Shown in pieces: positions 18,375 to 28,133 of a DNA stretch of 47,108 nt. Positions within the stretch are counted from its first letter, which is position 1, and every line of letters begins with the position of its first letter. Source of the DNA: a virus (lineage: Duplodnaviria; Caudoviricetes); the IMG/VR virus record IMGVR_UViG_3300037467_000647, positions 1 to 47,108 of that record; one strand, given 5' to 3'. A model generated the notes under the pieces. It did not search any database, was not told the origin of the DNA, and saw nothing but the letters and a program-made list of their open reading frames with translations. The translations under genes were made by a program, and so were the position numbers.

Positions 18375-18953
18375 ATGACCATCACCACCGACCAGCAAAC
18401 CGAACTCGAAAAGTCGGTGACGCGCGTCGTCTATTTCGCCGAATTCCACTTCGCAAGCGGCACGCTTTACCTGTCTTCCGCGATGCAGACGATCACATGG
18501 GGCGGGCACGACTGGATTGGATTGGGTTCGATCGGTGCGATCGGCGCCGTGGAAGAAGCCGATTCGCTCGATGCAAAGTCTCTCGATTTCACGCTGAATG
18601 TCGCGCAGACATCGCTGCTTGCAGAGGCTGTTGGAAACGTCGATGACTATCGCGGCCGCACTGCGAAGCTGTACATGTGCCCGCTCGACGAGCAGTTCCG
18701 CTTGATCGATACGCCGCAGCGTTGCTGGAGCGGCAGCATGGATCAGATGAGCGTCGGCATCGATGCGGACGGAAAAGGGCAGATCGCGCTTCGGTGCGAA
18801 ACGGCCGCTTATGGAATGAAGCGCCGTCCGGCACTACGGATAAACGCGGCGCAGCAGGGGAAAAAATATCCGAACGATACCAGCTTTAACTATCAGAACG
18901 ACTTGATCGCACGGCCGCAACTATGGCTCAGCAAGAATTTCCAGCGAATCTGA
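18375..18953 (+). CDS. Minor tail/hub protein
   Basis: WGGHDWIGLGSIG motif; position. Confidence 0.7.
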   Translation: MTITTDQQTELEKSVTRVVYFAEFHFASGTLYLSSAMQTITWGGHDWIGLGSIGAIGAVEEADSLDAKSLDFTLNVAQTSLLAEAVGNVDDYRGRTAKLYMCPLDEQFRLIDTPQRCWSGSMDQMSVGIDADGKGQIALRCETAAYGMKRRPALRINAAQQGKKYPNDTSFNYQNDLIARPQLWLSKNFQRI

Positions 18954-18954
18954 C

Positions 18955-19314
18955 ATGACTTTGGCCGAATACATCGCAAGGCACCTTCTGGTGCCTTTTT
19001 TTTGGGGTGAGCATGACTGTGTGCTTTTCGCGCTTGGTTGGGTGCGCGCGAAAACTGGCATCGATCACTTGTCAGGCTATCCAGTATGGCATACAGAAAA
19101 AGAGGCGCGTCGAATCATGCGTGATCTTGGGGGGCTGGAGGCGTGTCTAGATAAGCATTTTGATCGTATCAATCCAAGCCTTGCGGTAGATGGCGCGCTT
19201 GCGTTGCATAACGGTTGCCTGTGTCTATTCAGTGGGCCGCATATCGTCGGACCCGGCCCGGACGGCCTTACTTTCATAAATCGGACGGAAGCGACATGCG
19301 CTTGGCACTACTGA
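18955..19314 (+). CDS. NlpC/P60-like tail tip protein (DUF6950-like)
   Basis: PFFWGEHDCVLFA motif. Confidence 0.75.
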   Translation: MTLAEYIARHLLVPFFWGEHDCVLFALGWVRAKTGIDHLSGYPVWHTEKEARRIMRDLGGLEACLDKHFDRINPSLAVDGALALHNGCLCLFSGPHIVGPGPDGLTFINRTEATCAWHY

Positions 19315-22300
19315 TATTGCTGTTGCTGCCGCTGACGGCGCATGCCGCGCCGGTGGTGGCTGCTGTCATCATTTATGCATCCGAATCGGCAATTGTTGCT
19401 CAGCTGCTGCTGCTGGCAGTCGCAACAGTGTACGGGAACATCCAGAAGCGCAGACAGGAGCGTGAGGCACGCGACAAATTCAATAGCAGCCTGCAGGACC
19501 GCACTGTTACCAACGTAGCGACAGAGACGCCGTATCTCTATGTATATGGTCGCGCGCGCGTCGGCTCGTCAATCATCGCGATCTTCACGAGCGGCGACAA
19601 GGACCAGTATAAGCACCTTGTGTGCGTCCACGCGGCGCATGAGTGCGACGCGATTGAGGAAATTTACATCAATGGTAAGGCGCTCGGCACACTCGATGCA
19701 GATGGCTATGTCACTTCCGGTGATTACTTTGATACATCAACCGAGTGGTTCGCCGCCGATGTAAGCGACCTCGTATATGTGTTGCCGTACACGCCGATGG
19801 ACCCGAGCAACATCAGCGTTACGCTCACAACAGCATCTGATTCGGGATATGAATCTGTGCCATACACCTACGATGCAGGCACCAATTCCATAAGCATCAC
19901 GCCGCCGTTTTATGCCGTAGCGCCTTATAGGGTTGGGTTCTGGTGGGTGCAAAGCCATCCCCGTGTATCGGTGCATAAGCATCTCGGTACTGCTGGCGAT
20001 CCTGTCGACGCTTATCTGCACAGCATCTTGCCTACGCAATGGCCGACGACCGCCACGGTGCATGGATTTTGCTACACCGTTGTGACGCTCGATCTCAACA
20101 AGCCTGAATTCCAAACAGGAATTCCGCCGATCGAGGTTCTGCTGCGCGGGAAAAAATTGTATGACCCGCGCTCTGATACGGCAGCGTGGATCCAAAATCC
20201 GGCGCTTGCAATTTATGATTACCTGACCAGCGAACTCTGCGGCGTCGATGCTGCCGACATTCCAGTGGATTATTTGATCGCTGCGGCAAATACCTGCGAT
20301 GAGTCTGTAGCTTCGGCAGAGGTCTACGGAGAACTGGGGCCGCGCTACACACTGAACGGCACAGTCACCAGCGACCAGGCGCAGCAGGACGTTCTGGAAA
20401 AGATGGCGCAGGCGATGGCCGGTGGCATTGCGTCAACGACTTGGGAAATGTGGGCGGGAACCTATGTGGCGCCGGTAATGGCGCTATATGTCGACCGCCC
20501 CGGTGATATGGGTGATGTGGTTGGCCAGATCGCGATCACGCCCGGCGTTTCGGACGCGGATCTGTACAACGGCGTCAAGGGCCAGTACATCAGCGGCGAC
20601 AACAGTTATGTCGCTACCGACTTCGAGCCCTACCAGAACAGCACCTACCTTGCCGCCGACGAGGGTGTCGAGAAATGGACGAATATCGACTTTCCGTTCA
20701 CCGATAAAAAGCAGCGGGTCTGGAACCTCGCGCGCATCTTCACCGAAGACCAGCGCAACGGCTACACGGTGCGCGCCGAGTTTTCGCTGAAGGCATGGTC
20801 ATTGAAAATAGGCCAGCGCATCACACTGACGAGCACCATCTTCGGATGGGATGCGAAAGTGTTTCGGGTGATCGGGAAGAAGTTCTCGCCGACGATGCCG
20901 GTCGAACTGACCTTGAAAGAAGATGCATCATCGATTTGGGATTTTACCGATGAGGCGCTCCCGGATGCCACGCCGAACACGAATCTGCCGAATCCATTTG
21001 CGATCGATATGCTCGCATCGCTGACCTGCGTCTCAGGCAATGACACGCTCGCAGCACTGCAGGACGGCACCATTCTCGCGCGCATCAAGACGTCATGGCC
21101 GCAAACGACCACGCAGGCAGTTTTTACAAACGGACTGATAGAAGTCGAATACCAGCGCGCAGGTGACACCACATGGCAGAAGACCACCGTTACCGGAAGC
21201 GATACTGAATCTTTTCTTTCGCCTGTCGAAGAAAACAGAGTCTATGTAGTTCGCGCTCGCGCTGTAAATCCATACTTCAACGTGAAATCAGATTGGGTTT
21301 ATGAATTCCATCGAGTCGTTGGAAAGAGCGCACGCCCGCCAGATGTGACCGGGTTCGGTGTTTCGCAATTGCCGGATGCGACACGGCAGTTTTCATGGAA
21401 TGTAGGTGATCAGCCGGTTGACGTGCTGCACGGCGGCGGCTACCTGATCAAGTACCGTACCGCTGGCGACACGACGGCGTGGGCGGACATGACGCCGCTG
21501 CATACTGGCCTGATCACACAGTCGCCGTTCGAAACCGGCAATCCTGCTGCGGGGTCTTACGATTTCGCGATTTCGTCGATTGACGGATCGGGCAATGAAT
21601 CGTTGGATGCCGCTCTTGTGCTGGACGTGGTCATTACCGATTCCGGCTCTGCGGCGGATGCTTTGGCAGCTGCGGAGGCCGCTCAGGCGTCGGCCGACGC
21701 GGCGAATAACGCGCTTGCCAACATCAATTCCGATAGCGTTCTATCCGCAGGAGAAAAGCCTGCAGTCGTGGTTGACCTCGCGGAAATCGTCAACTCGCAG
21801 GCAAACATCGATGCACAAGCTGACGCATTCGCGCAAGATCGGACAGCCTACGATGCCTCGGTTCTCAGTCTCAAGACCTACCTCGCGGGGCTCACGCCAG
21901 CATACGACGACTTCACGCAAGACACGCCGATACCGCAGGCAAACTATGTCGATCCTGCCTACTGGCCGACGTATTACGCCGGCGACAATCTGCGCACACG
22001 GTTTAACGACGTTTATCTCAAGCGGCAGGAACTGCTGAACGCGATTGCCACAGAAACGGCAAAGCGGGCGACGTGGGATGGCGTGGTCGCCGCCTCCGGC
22101 AAACTGACGACTGCCGGCGACGTGTTCAACAGCGGCGCAGTGGGCACTGGTGATCTGGCCGATGATGCGGCGACGGATGTAATCAAGGTGACTGCTACCG
22201 GCGTGCCAGTCGCCTTTAATTCATCGTCCTACACTGCTGTTGCATCGATCAGCTATACCGCAGGGGTCAGTGCGTTTGCAGTGCTCAAGGCAAAGGGTAC

Positions 22301-22583
22301 ATCAACGTCTGCATCGGTTGCGTCTCCCGCATCTGTCGCTGTGGCGTCGCCGATGATGAAGATTATCGGCTCAACCGGATTTGTGTCTCAGGCGGTTATT
22401 CCGCCGCCAAGCTTTGGAGCAACCTCATCGACGCCTTATAACTTGGACTTATCCATGTATACCGCGTTTCAACTGACGGCTGGCGTGACGTATACATTCG
22501 ATTTCGAATTGGTGGCGAACTCGAACAAGTACCAATGCACTGTCGACTCAATCGAGTTTGTTCTGGAGGCGGTAAAGCGATGA
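19296..22583 (+). CDS. Central tail tip / host-specificity protein (J-like, with FN3 domains)
   Basis: YVYGRARVG, GKKLYDPR, NPALAIYDYL, VRARAVN motifs; likely start 19296. Confidence 0.9.
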   Translation: MRLALLILLLLPLTAHAAPVVAAVIIYASESAIVAQLLLLAVATVYGNIQKRRQEREARDKFNSSLQDRTVTNVATETPYLYVYGRARVGSSIIAIFTSGDKDQYKHLVCVHAAHECDAIEEIYINGKALGTLDADGYVTSGDYFDTSTEWFAADVSDLVYVLPYTPMDPSNISVTLTTASDSGYESVPYTYDAGTNSISITPPFYAVAPYRVGFWWVQSHPRVSVHKHLGTAGDPVDAYLHSILPTQWPTTATVHGFCYTVVTLDLNKPEFQTGIPPIEVLLRGKKLYDPRSDTAAWIQNPALAIYDYLTSELCGVDAADIPVDYLIAAANTCDESVASAEVYGELGPRYTLNGTVTSDQAQQDVLEKMAQAMAGGIASTTWEMWAGTYVAPVMALYVDRPGDMGDVVGQIAITPGVSDADLYNGVKGQYISGDNSYVATDFEPYQNSTYLAADEGVEKWTNIDFPFTDKKQRVWNLARIFTEDQRNGYTVRAEFSLKAWSLKIGQRITLTSTIFGWDAKVFRVIGKKFSPTMPVELTLKEDASSIWDFTDEALPDATPNTNLPNPFAIDMLASLTCVSGNDTLAALQDGTILARIKTSWPQTTTQAVFTNGLIEVEYQRAGDTTWQKTTVTGSDTESFLSPVEENRVYVVRARAVNPYFNVKSDWVYEFHRVVGKSARPPDVTGFGVSQLPDATRQFSWNVGDQPVDVLHGGGYLIKYRTAGDTTAWADMTPLHTGLITQSPFETGNPAAGSYDFAISSIDGSGNESLDAALVLDVVITDSGSAADALAAAEAAQASADAANNALANINSDSVLSAGEKPAVVVDLAEIVNSQANIDAQADAFAQDRTAYDASVLSLKTYLAGLTPAYDDFTQDTPIPQANYVDPAYWPTYYAGDNLRTRFNDVYLKRQELLNAIATETAKRATWDGVVAASGKLTTAGDVFNSGAVGTGDLADDAATDVIKVTATGVPVAFNSSSYTAVASISYTAGVSAFAVLKAKGTSTSASVASPASVAVASPMMKIIGSTGFVSQAVIPPPSFGATSSTPYNLDLSMYTAFQLTAGVTYTFDFELVANSNKYQCTVDSIEFVLEAVKR

Positions 22584-22978
22584 CTGTTTACAGCATTTAC
22601 CGCGCCGATACTGGATATTTCACTGGCGCCCTAATCACATGTTCTGGTGCGCACTTGTCAGCCAACGTTCCTGAAGGATGTAGCTGCCTGCTCGGCACTT
22701 ATGATCACCTATCGCAGCGCGTTGACCTCGAAACCGGTGCTGTGATCTATTACCAGCCGCCACAGCCATCCGAGCAACACGAGTGGAATGATGATCTCAG
22801 GCGCTGGGTTTATGTGCCGACCGCACTGGAAACCTGCCTCGCAAACCGGCGAGATGCATATCCGCCATTGCAGGATCTAGCGGATGCTCTGTACTGGCAG
22901 GCGCAAGGTAACGACGGACCCATGCAAGCGTACCTTGCGCGCTGCAAGGATGTGAAAACCAAATTTCCCAAGCCGTAA
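22580..22978 (+). CDS. Tail fibre assembly/chaperone-like protein
   Basis: RRDAYPPLQDLADALY...VKTKFPKP motif; follows the tip gene. Confidence 0.65.
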   Translation: MTVYSIYRADTGYFTGALITCSGAHLSANVPEGCSCLLGTYDHLSQRVDLETGAVIYYQPPQPSEQHEWNDDLRRWVYVPTALETCLANRRDAYPPLQDLADALYWQAQGNDGPMQAYLARCKDVKTKFPKP

Positions 22979-22994
22979 CGGGCAACATTGCAGC

Positions 22995-23018
22995 AACCCG
23001 CTTCGGCGGGTTTTTTTA
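22995..23018 (+). terminator. Intrinsic terminator
   Basis: ACCCGC-TTCG-GCGGGT followed by a T run. Confidence 0.8.
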
Positions 23019-23034
23019 CGCCCAAAGGAAGCGC

Positions 23035-23235
23035 ATGACCACCGATCGCGAAAACGCAGCACGAATCCTGACCGATGAAGACGTGAAGGCACTTGCCGAC
23101 GAAATGGAAATGCGCTTGGTATCGCGCTTTTACGGAAACCTTGGCCGCGGCGTTTGGGATCTTGCGTGGAAGGCGATCGTTATCTGCATCGTGGCTATTG
23201 CGGTGTATGGCCTGTTTCAGGAAATGAAGCACTGA
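23035..23235 (+). CDS. Small single-TM protein (holin/antiholin-like)
   Basis: C-terminal TM segment; first gene of the lysis cassette. Confidence 0.55.
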   Translation: MTTDRENAARILTDEDVKALADEMEMRLVSRFYGNLGRGVWDLAWKAIVICIVAIAVYGLFQEMKH

Positions 23236-23236
23236 T

Positions 23237-23668
23237 ATGAACGCTCCACTGCACGAACACGAGTTGCGCGAAACGATCGTGGTTGATGTTTTCTATCCAG
23301 ATCACCCGCCGCGCACCGAAAGCCATGTTTTTGTGGCGACAAAGAAGCATTGGCATGCGCTCGGATGCCGGTGCGGCGTTTGCGGGACAGATAAAAAGGT
23401 CGAGATTCATCACCACTTCATCGAATGGGCCGACACAGAAGGGATCGACTGGGACAAGGTGAAGGCCAAACACCCCGGCTTTGACTGGTCGTCATTCAAA
23501 GAGCCCGCCGATTTCATCGATAGCGTCTACAACACCGAGCCGTTGTGTCAGTTGCACCATCGCGGGCCGGCGCCATTCGGCAAGCATTTCACGCCCGAGC
23601 CGATCTGGAACATGCAGACGTATATGCGCGACGATTTTGTGTATGCAGCTGAGGATGCGAAGAAATGA
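23237..23668 (+). CDS. HNH-like Zn-binding protein in the lysis cassette
   Basis: CGVCG..VEIHH ... N..PLCQLHH. Confidence 0.6.
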   Translation: MNAPLHEHELRETIVVDVFYPDHPPRTESHVFVATKKHWHALGCRCGVCGTDKKVEIHHHFIEWADTEGIDWDKVKAKHPGFDWSSFKEPADFIDSVYNTEPLCQLHHRGPAPFGKHFTPEPIWNMQTYMRDDFVYAAEDAKK

Positions 23669-24141
23669 CGCCCGCCGACTTCATCGCCGCCATCGCCGCC
23701 GGCGCGTGCGCCTGTATGGCTAAGACCCGAATTCCCGCCAGTTTCACCATTGCCCAGGCCGCGCTGGAGTCCGGATGGTGCCACTCAGCGCTGGCTTTCG
23801 AAGCGCGCAACCTGTTTGGCGTGAAGGCAGACGCATCCTGGCACGGGGAGACGATCGACATGCCCACCCGCGAATACCTGCGCGGCCAGTGGGTGACGGT
23901 GCCGGCCAAGTGGCGCAAGTACCTAACTTGGGAAACCTGCATTGAAGATCATGCCGGTTTCCTGCTCTACAACCCGCGCTATCACGCCGCGTTCGAGCAC
24001 TGCGACGACGTGGAGGCATTCGTGAAAGCGATTGCCAAGGCAGGCTATGCGACCGATCCGGATTATCCGGCCAAGGTTATTTCAATCATCCAGTCGCACG
24101 ATTTGAAACGGTTCGACCAAGGAGGAAGCAGTAATGGATAA
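23665..24141 (+). CDS. Endolysin, GH73 glucosaminidase (FlgJ-like)
   Basis: AQAALESGW, NLFGVKA, GYATDPDY motifs. Confidence 0.92.
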   Translation: MTPADFIAAIAAGACACMAKTRIPASFTIAQAALESGWCHSALAFEARNLFGVKADASWHGETIDMPTREYLRGQWVTVPAKWRKYLTWETCIEDHAGFLLYNPRYHAAFEHCDDVEAFVKAIAKAGYATDPDYPAKVISIIQSHDLKRFDQGGSSNG

Positions 24142-24310
24142 CGCAACAAAAATCAAACTCGGTGTCGGCGCTGTGCTGTTCGCCACATGGGCTGCAATCC
24201 GCTTTGCCCATGTTCAGGGAGCCGACGACCTGATCGCATTCATTCAGCCGGCACTGGCGGGCCTTGGTGCCCACGTTCTTACGACTGTCAATTCACAGGT
24301 GACGAAATGA
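24134..24310 (+). CDS. 58-aa two-TM protein, holin candidate (MDNATKIKLGVGAVLFATW...)
   Basis: Read by hand; GGAGG RBS; overlaps both neighbours. Confidence 0.6.
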   Translation: MDNATKIKLGVGAVLFATWAAIRFAHVQGADDLIAFIQPALAGLGAHVLTTVNSQVTK

Positions 24311-24606
24311 AGAAACTCGCAATCCTCGCAATGCTGGTGCTCGCCGGCTGCGCAACGACACAGAGCGCTCAGACCGGCTACACGCAAGCCTGCGCGGCCT
24401 ATGGCGCCGCATTCTCGGCGGCCTTGCAACTCCGCATCGCCGGCAAGCTGAACAAAGCACAGATCGACCAAGTGACGCTGCTCGACGGTCAGATCACGCC
24501 GATCTGCACCGGCCCTCTGCCGGCCGATCCGACCGCGGCGACTACGCAAATCACGGCTGCCGTCACGACGCTGACCATTCTCGAAGCCACCAAGGGAGCA
24601 AAATAA
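24307..24606 (+). CDS. Lipoprotein (spanin-like candidate)
   Basis: MKKLAILAMLVLAGC lipobox; in the lysis cassette. Confidence 0.7.
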   Translation: MKKLAILAMLVLAGCATTQSAQTGYTQACAAYGAAFSAALQLRIAGKLNKAQIDQVTLLDGQITPICTGPLPADPTAATTQITAAVTTLTILEATKGAK

Positions 24607-24881
24607 TGGACACTCAAGCACAAGCCATCGCCGCGGGTGTTGCACAATCGATCGCCGCTGCCGCGCCCGTCCTAGCCGCCGGCACCGGCGCGGCCACGAT
24701 CATTGCGCTGGCACCGATCGCATTGCAGTTCCTCGATGCTGCGACCAAGCTGCAGCAGTCCGGCGTACTGCCGCCGGATCAGCTCGCCGCACTGTTCGCC
24801 AAAGTGGGAGAGGGCATCCAGTCGACGCATGCTCGCTGGGCCGCGATGAACGCGGCAGACGCAGCCAAGGCGGCATCGTGA
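24606..24881 (+). CDS. Ala-rich hydrophobic protein
   Basis: GGGAG RBS; coupled start. Confidence 0.65.
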   Translation: MDTQAQAIAAGVAQSIAAAAPVLAAGTGAATIIALAPIALQFLDAATKLQQSGVLPPDQLAALFAKVGEGIQSTHARWAAMNAADAAKAAS

Positions 24882-25177
24882 GACTGATCGATCTCAATCC
24901 GCGCTGGCTGTCGAAAGACGTGCTGTTGTTCCGAAGTCCGTCTGGAGCCGGGAATTGGATCACGTGTAAGCGCGTTCGCATGTCGAGCGAGGATCAATAT
25001 AAGTTGATCTATGAAGCCAATCCGGATCTCAAGGGGCAATGCGTCGTGATGACCGTTCCCGATATGGCTTGGAAATTCAGCGGGGACGACTTGGAGACGA
25101 TGACAATCACCCCGTCAATTGACGCTAGCCGGTCCGGGAATTGGCACGGCTTCATCACCAACGGCGAAGTACGATGA
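24878..25177 (+). CDS. DUF6527-like protein
   Basis: W..SG......TITPSI......WHGFITNGE motif. Confidence 0.6.
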   Translation: MRLIDLNPRWLSKDVLLFRSPSGAGNWITCKRVRMSSEDQYKLIYEANPDLKGQCVVMTVPDMAWKFSGDDLETMTITPSIDASRSGNWHGFITNGEVR

Positions 25178-25560
25178 GTCAGTTTCTCACCAAGCTCTGC
25201 TTGGAAGTCGCTGACAACCAGGACGATGGCCAATGGATCGTGCATTCCGCACTCGTCTACCAGTCTGATGTGGCGCGGCAGACATTCATCGTACCGCGCG
25301 GCTTCCGGACCGATCTTGCATCAGTGCCGCGGCTTCCGATCGTGTATTGGCTGACGGGCGGAACCTCGAACGAGGCAGCCGCAATACATGACTTCCTTTA
25401 TTCAACACATGAGGTCGACCGGGCGACAGCAGATGCCGTGCTGCGCGAGGCGTCGGCGGCGACCGGCGTGCCGGCGTGGCGGCGATGGCTCATGTGGGCT
25501 GGGGTTCGATGCTTTGGTGGTTCGCACTGGGAGCCAACAACATCATCGGCGAGAGTATAG
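25174..25560 (+). CDS. DUF1353-family protein
   Basis: VPRGFRTDLASVPR, AAAIHDFLY, ADAVLREA motifs. Confidence 0.85.
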   Translation: MSQFLTKLCLEVADNQDDGQWIVHSALVYQSDVARQTFIVPRGFRTDLASVPRLPIVYWLTGGTSNEAAAIHDFLYSTHEVDRATADAVLREASAATGVPAWRRWLMWAGVRCFGGSHWEPTTSSARV

Positions 25561-25598
25561 GTCCGCATTGTCAATTTCACATAGAGTCGGAAGAAAAA

Positions 25599-26603
25599 TC
25601 ATTTTTCCAGGTAGTTGACCATCCGCCTCGCAAGGAACTCGGTAAAGTGTTTTGCCCCATTTGCATTTAAATGCACCGGGTCGCCGAAGCCACTATCAGG
25701 TACGCCGCAATTCGTCGGATCATCCGCGCAAGTGATAAAGATGGCTCCGTGGGAGCGAGCGAGCCGGCGAAATTCATCGCGGTTTTGAGTCACCAACAAC
25801 GAATATTTTTCCCTGACTATTGCCTTGTAATGAGAGTGACTTGGCATATCAACCAATATCATTTTTATGTGATGCTGCTCGCCTATCTTTAGAAGTTCAT
25901 CAAATGGGGCGGCAAGCGATGGACTATATTGCTTGGCGCTAAAATAGTCTCTTGTGGTTTCCGTAAACATGTGCGCGTCTGCGACTTCATCAACGACCCT
26001 TCCAGTAAGGCGGCTGTCTGTCCATGAGCCGTGTTTGCTCATTTTCCAGATATTGAAAGAGTAGACAGGTCCCCATCCCGTTTTAGACCTTACGTTTGTT
26101 AGCAACTGCCTGCCCTTTCTATTAATCTCGATCGCCGGCTGCAGCCAATTTCGGATGGTGTCGTCCGTTCGATCGGCCAGAGGTTTTATTTCAGAGGGCA
26201 TTGGCAATGGCGCGAGAGCGTAGTAGTCATCTACACCGATAACCCATATTTTGGCTCCTGTAATATCCGCATAACGCATTTGAATTTGCGTAAGAATCGA
26301 GCTTCCGCCGAAGCTTGGGAAAGCGATGTTTTTCGCTTGCGCCGGCATCATTCCAAAGGCGCTGGCTAGGTCTGCGGCGCGGATTCCGAATGCGGGGCGT
26401 GACGACCCCATGACGATCAGCTGAGGCTTATCCTTTTGGGCAAATTGAATCTTATCGACGTACTCGATTCTCATCGCGCCAGATACGGGATCTTGCAGCC
26501 ACCGCGACGATGAGAAGTGATCTAGGGTGGCCCATGCAATCGCCACGACAACAGCGGCCATGATGGCGATGGTTATATATTGGGCGGACGGAGCGGAGCG
26601 CAT
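25599..26603 (-). CDS. Membrane-anchored SGNH-like acyltransferase/esterase (DltD/AlgJ/PatB-type partner)
   Basis: N-terminal TM segment, MGSSR block I, FGDPVHLN DxxH block V; start 5 nt after the MBOAT stop. Confidence 0.8.
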   Translation of the reverse strand: MRSAPSAQYITIAIMAAVVVAIAWATLDHFSSSRWLQDPVSGAMRIEYVDKIQFAQKDKPQLIVMGSSRPAFGIRAADLASAFGMMPAQAKNIAFPSFGGSSILTQIQMRYADITGAKIWVIGVDDYYALAPLPMPSEIKPLADRTDDTIRNWLQPAIEINRKGRQLLTNVRSKTGWGPVYSFNIWKMSKHGSWTDSRLTGRVVDEVADAHMFTETTRDYFSAKQYSPSLAAPFDELLKIGEQHHIKMILVDMPSHSHYKAIVREKYSLLVTQNRDEFRRLARSHGAIFITCADDPTNCGVPDSGFGDPVHLNANGAKHFTEFLARRMVNYLEK

Positions 26604-26608
26604 ACTTA

Positions 26609-28027
26609 TCAAAACTGGAAATACAGAAATCCGGCCGGCTTGCCGACGAATAATGTGATAGTCGAAACAAGCAATCCGAGTGCAATGCCAGTTACCCAAG
26701 CTGAAGATTTTTGAAAAAGTATTTCTGCGGTTGTGTTGCGAAACGTAAGATGCCACGCCATTAGTATGACCACCGAGCCAATCGTAAAGATGGTTTGCGA
26801 AAATTCTATATTTGGAACCAATAATTTGACAGGATGGACGTGCATAGCGACCACAATTCTCCACGCCTGCCCAAGCGATGTTGCGCGAAACACGACCCAA
26901 CTGATAACGACGCCGTACATCGTCACAAGCCAGCCTAGTAGCGTCGATACCGGACCGAGCCGTTTGCATGTGGCTATAACAGATGCAAGCTGTCGCTCGG
27001 CAATCAATAATGCGCCGTGATAGGCGCCCCATGCAATGAAATGCCAAGCTGCTCCATGCCACAGGCCGCCCAACAGCATGGTGATTGCGAGATTTATTCG
27101 AGTTCTGATCTTTCCGCTTCTGTTTCCGCCGAGCGGTATATAGAGATAGTCGCGTAGCCATGACGACAGGGAGATATGCCAGCGCCGCCAAAAGTCCGAG
27201 AACCCGAGCGAGCCGTAAGGAAAACGAAAATTGTCAGGAATGTGAAACCCGAGACAGAGCGCTGCGCCGATCGCACATGTTGAGTAGCCGGCAAAATCAA
27301 AAAATATCTGCCCTGTAAAGGCGAGGGCTGCCGCCCATGCCTCCAGCATTGTCAACACAATATTTGGCGCGAAAAGCTTGTCGGCCACGGGCGCGAAGAT
27401 TTGATCCGCCAGAATCACCTTTTGGAATAGACCCCAAACGAAGAGATTCAAGCCCCAGGCGAATTCCGGCCATGTCGCTTTGTGGAATTGACGGCACTGC
27501 GGCAGTATGTCTCGCGCACGAAGGATGGGTCCGGCAACCAAGTGCGGGAAGAATGACACGAACATTGCAAAGTTCGCCAGTGATGGCTCTGGCTTGATGC
27601 GCTTATAGTAAATGTCGATCGTATAGGACAGTGCTTGGAAGGTGTAGAACGAGATCCCGACTGGCAGAATCAAGCCAAGCTTTGGCGGCTGATATAGCAC
27701 ACCGAACGAATGCAGTAGGAGCCTGAAATTCTCGAGCGCGAAGTCAGCATATTTGAAAAAGCACAGCACGCCGACATTGAGCAAGATGCTTCCGAAAAGC
27801 CAGAACTTGCGACGTGGGCCCTCGGCCTCTTCTATACGCTTCGCCAGCAGCCAATCAATAACGGTTGATGCCGCCAGCAGCAGGACGTATGGTGGGTGGT
27901 ATGAGGCAAAAAATAGGAAATTCGCTGTCAGCAAACTGCCTTTTCTGATCGCCATTGGCAGCGGACTGTAATGTACCGCCAGCACCACGAAAAAAAAGGC
28001 AACGAAGACTAGAGAGTTAAAAATCAT
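26609..28027 (-). CDS. MBOAT O-acyltransferase (AlgI/PatA/DltB family)
   Basis: LPVGISFYTFQ, FFPHLVAGPI, DFAGYS, FWRRWHISLSSWLRDYLYIPLGG, GLWHGA, C-terminal FLYFQF. Confidence 0.95.
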   Translation of the reverse strand: MIFNSLVFVAFFFVVLAVHYSPLPMAIRKGSLLTANFLFFASYHPPYVLLLAASTVIDWLLAKRIEEAEGPRRKFWLFGSILLNVGVLCFFKYADFALENFRLLLHSFGVLYQPPKLGLILPVGISFYTFQALSYTIDIYYKRIKPEPSLANFAMFVSFFPHLVAGPILRARDILPQCRQFHKATWPEFAWGLNLFVWGLFQKVILADQIFAPVADKLFAPNIVLTMLEAWAAALAFTGQIFFDFAGYSTCAIGAALCLGFHIPDNFRFPYGSLGFSDFWRRWHISLSSWLRDYLYIPLGGNRSGKIRTRINLAITMLLGGLWHGAAWHFIAWGAYHGALLIAERQLASVIATCKRLGPVSTLLGWLVTMYGVVISWVVFRATSLGQAWRIVVAMHVHPVKLLVPNIEFSQTIFTIGSVVILMAWHLTFRNTTAEILFQKSSAWVTGIALGLLVSTITLFVGKPAGFLYFQF

Positions 28028-28133
28028 TGAGTGAATTTTTTTGGAAGAAGGTTAATTTTAACCAACTTTCACAAGGCGCAGGAATGTCGCACCGGGGATG
28101 TGATGCTATTGCAGGAGGCTTGGCCGAGGTAGG

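Noticed and set aside
26604-27191. N-terminal extension of the 530-aa ORF
   Set aside because: Overlaps the MBOAT gene out of frame; the real start is probably 26603
27990-27997. A8 tract near the MBOAT 5' end as a phase-variation switch
   Set aside because: Short tract explained by Phe codons; frame is intact; read-level length variation would be needed
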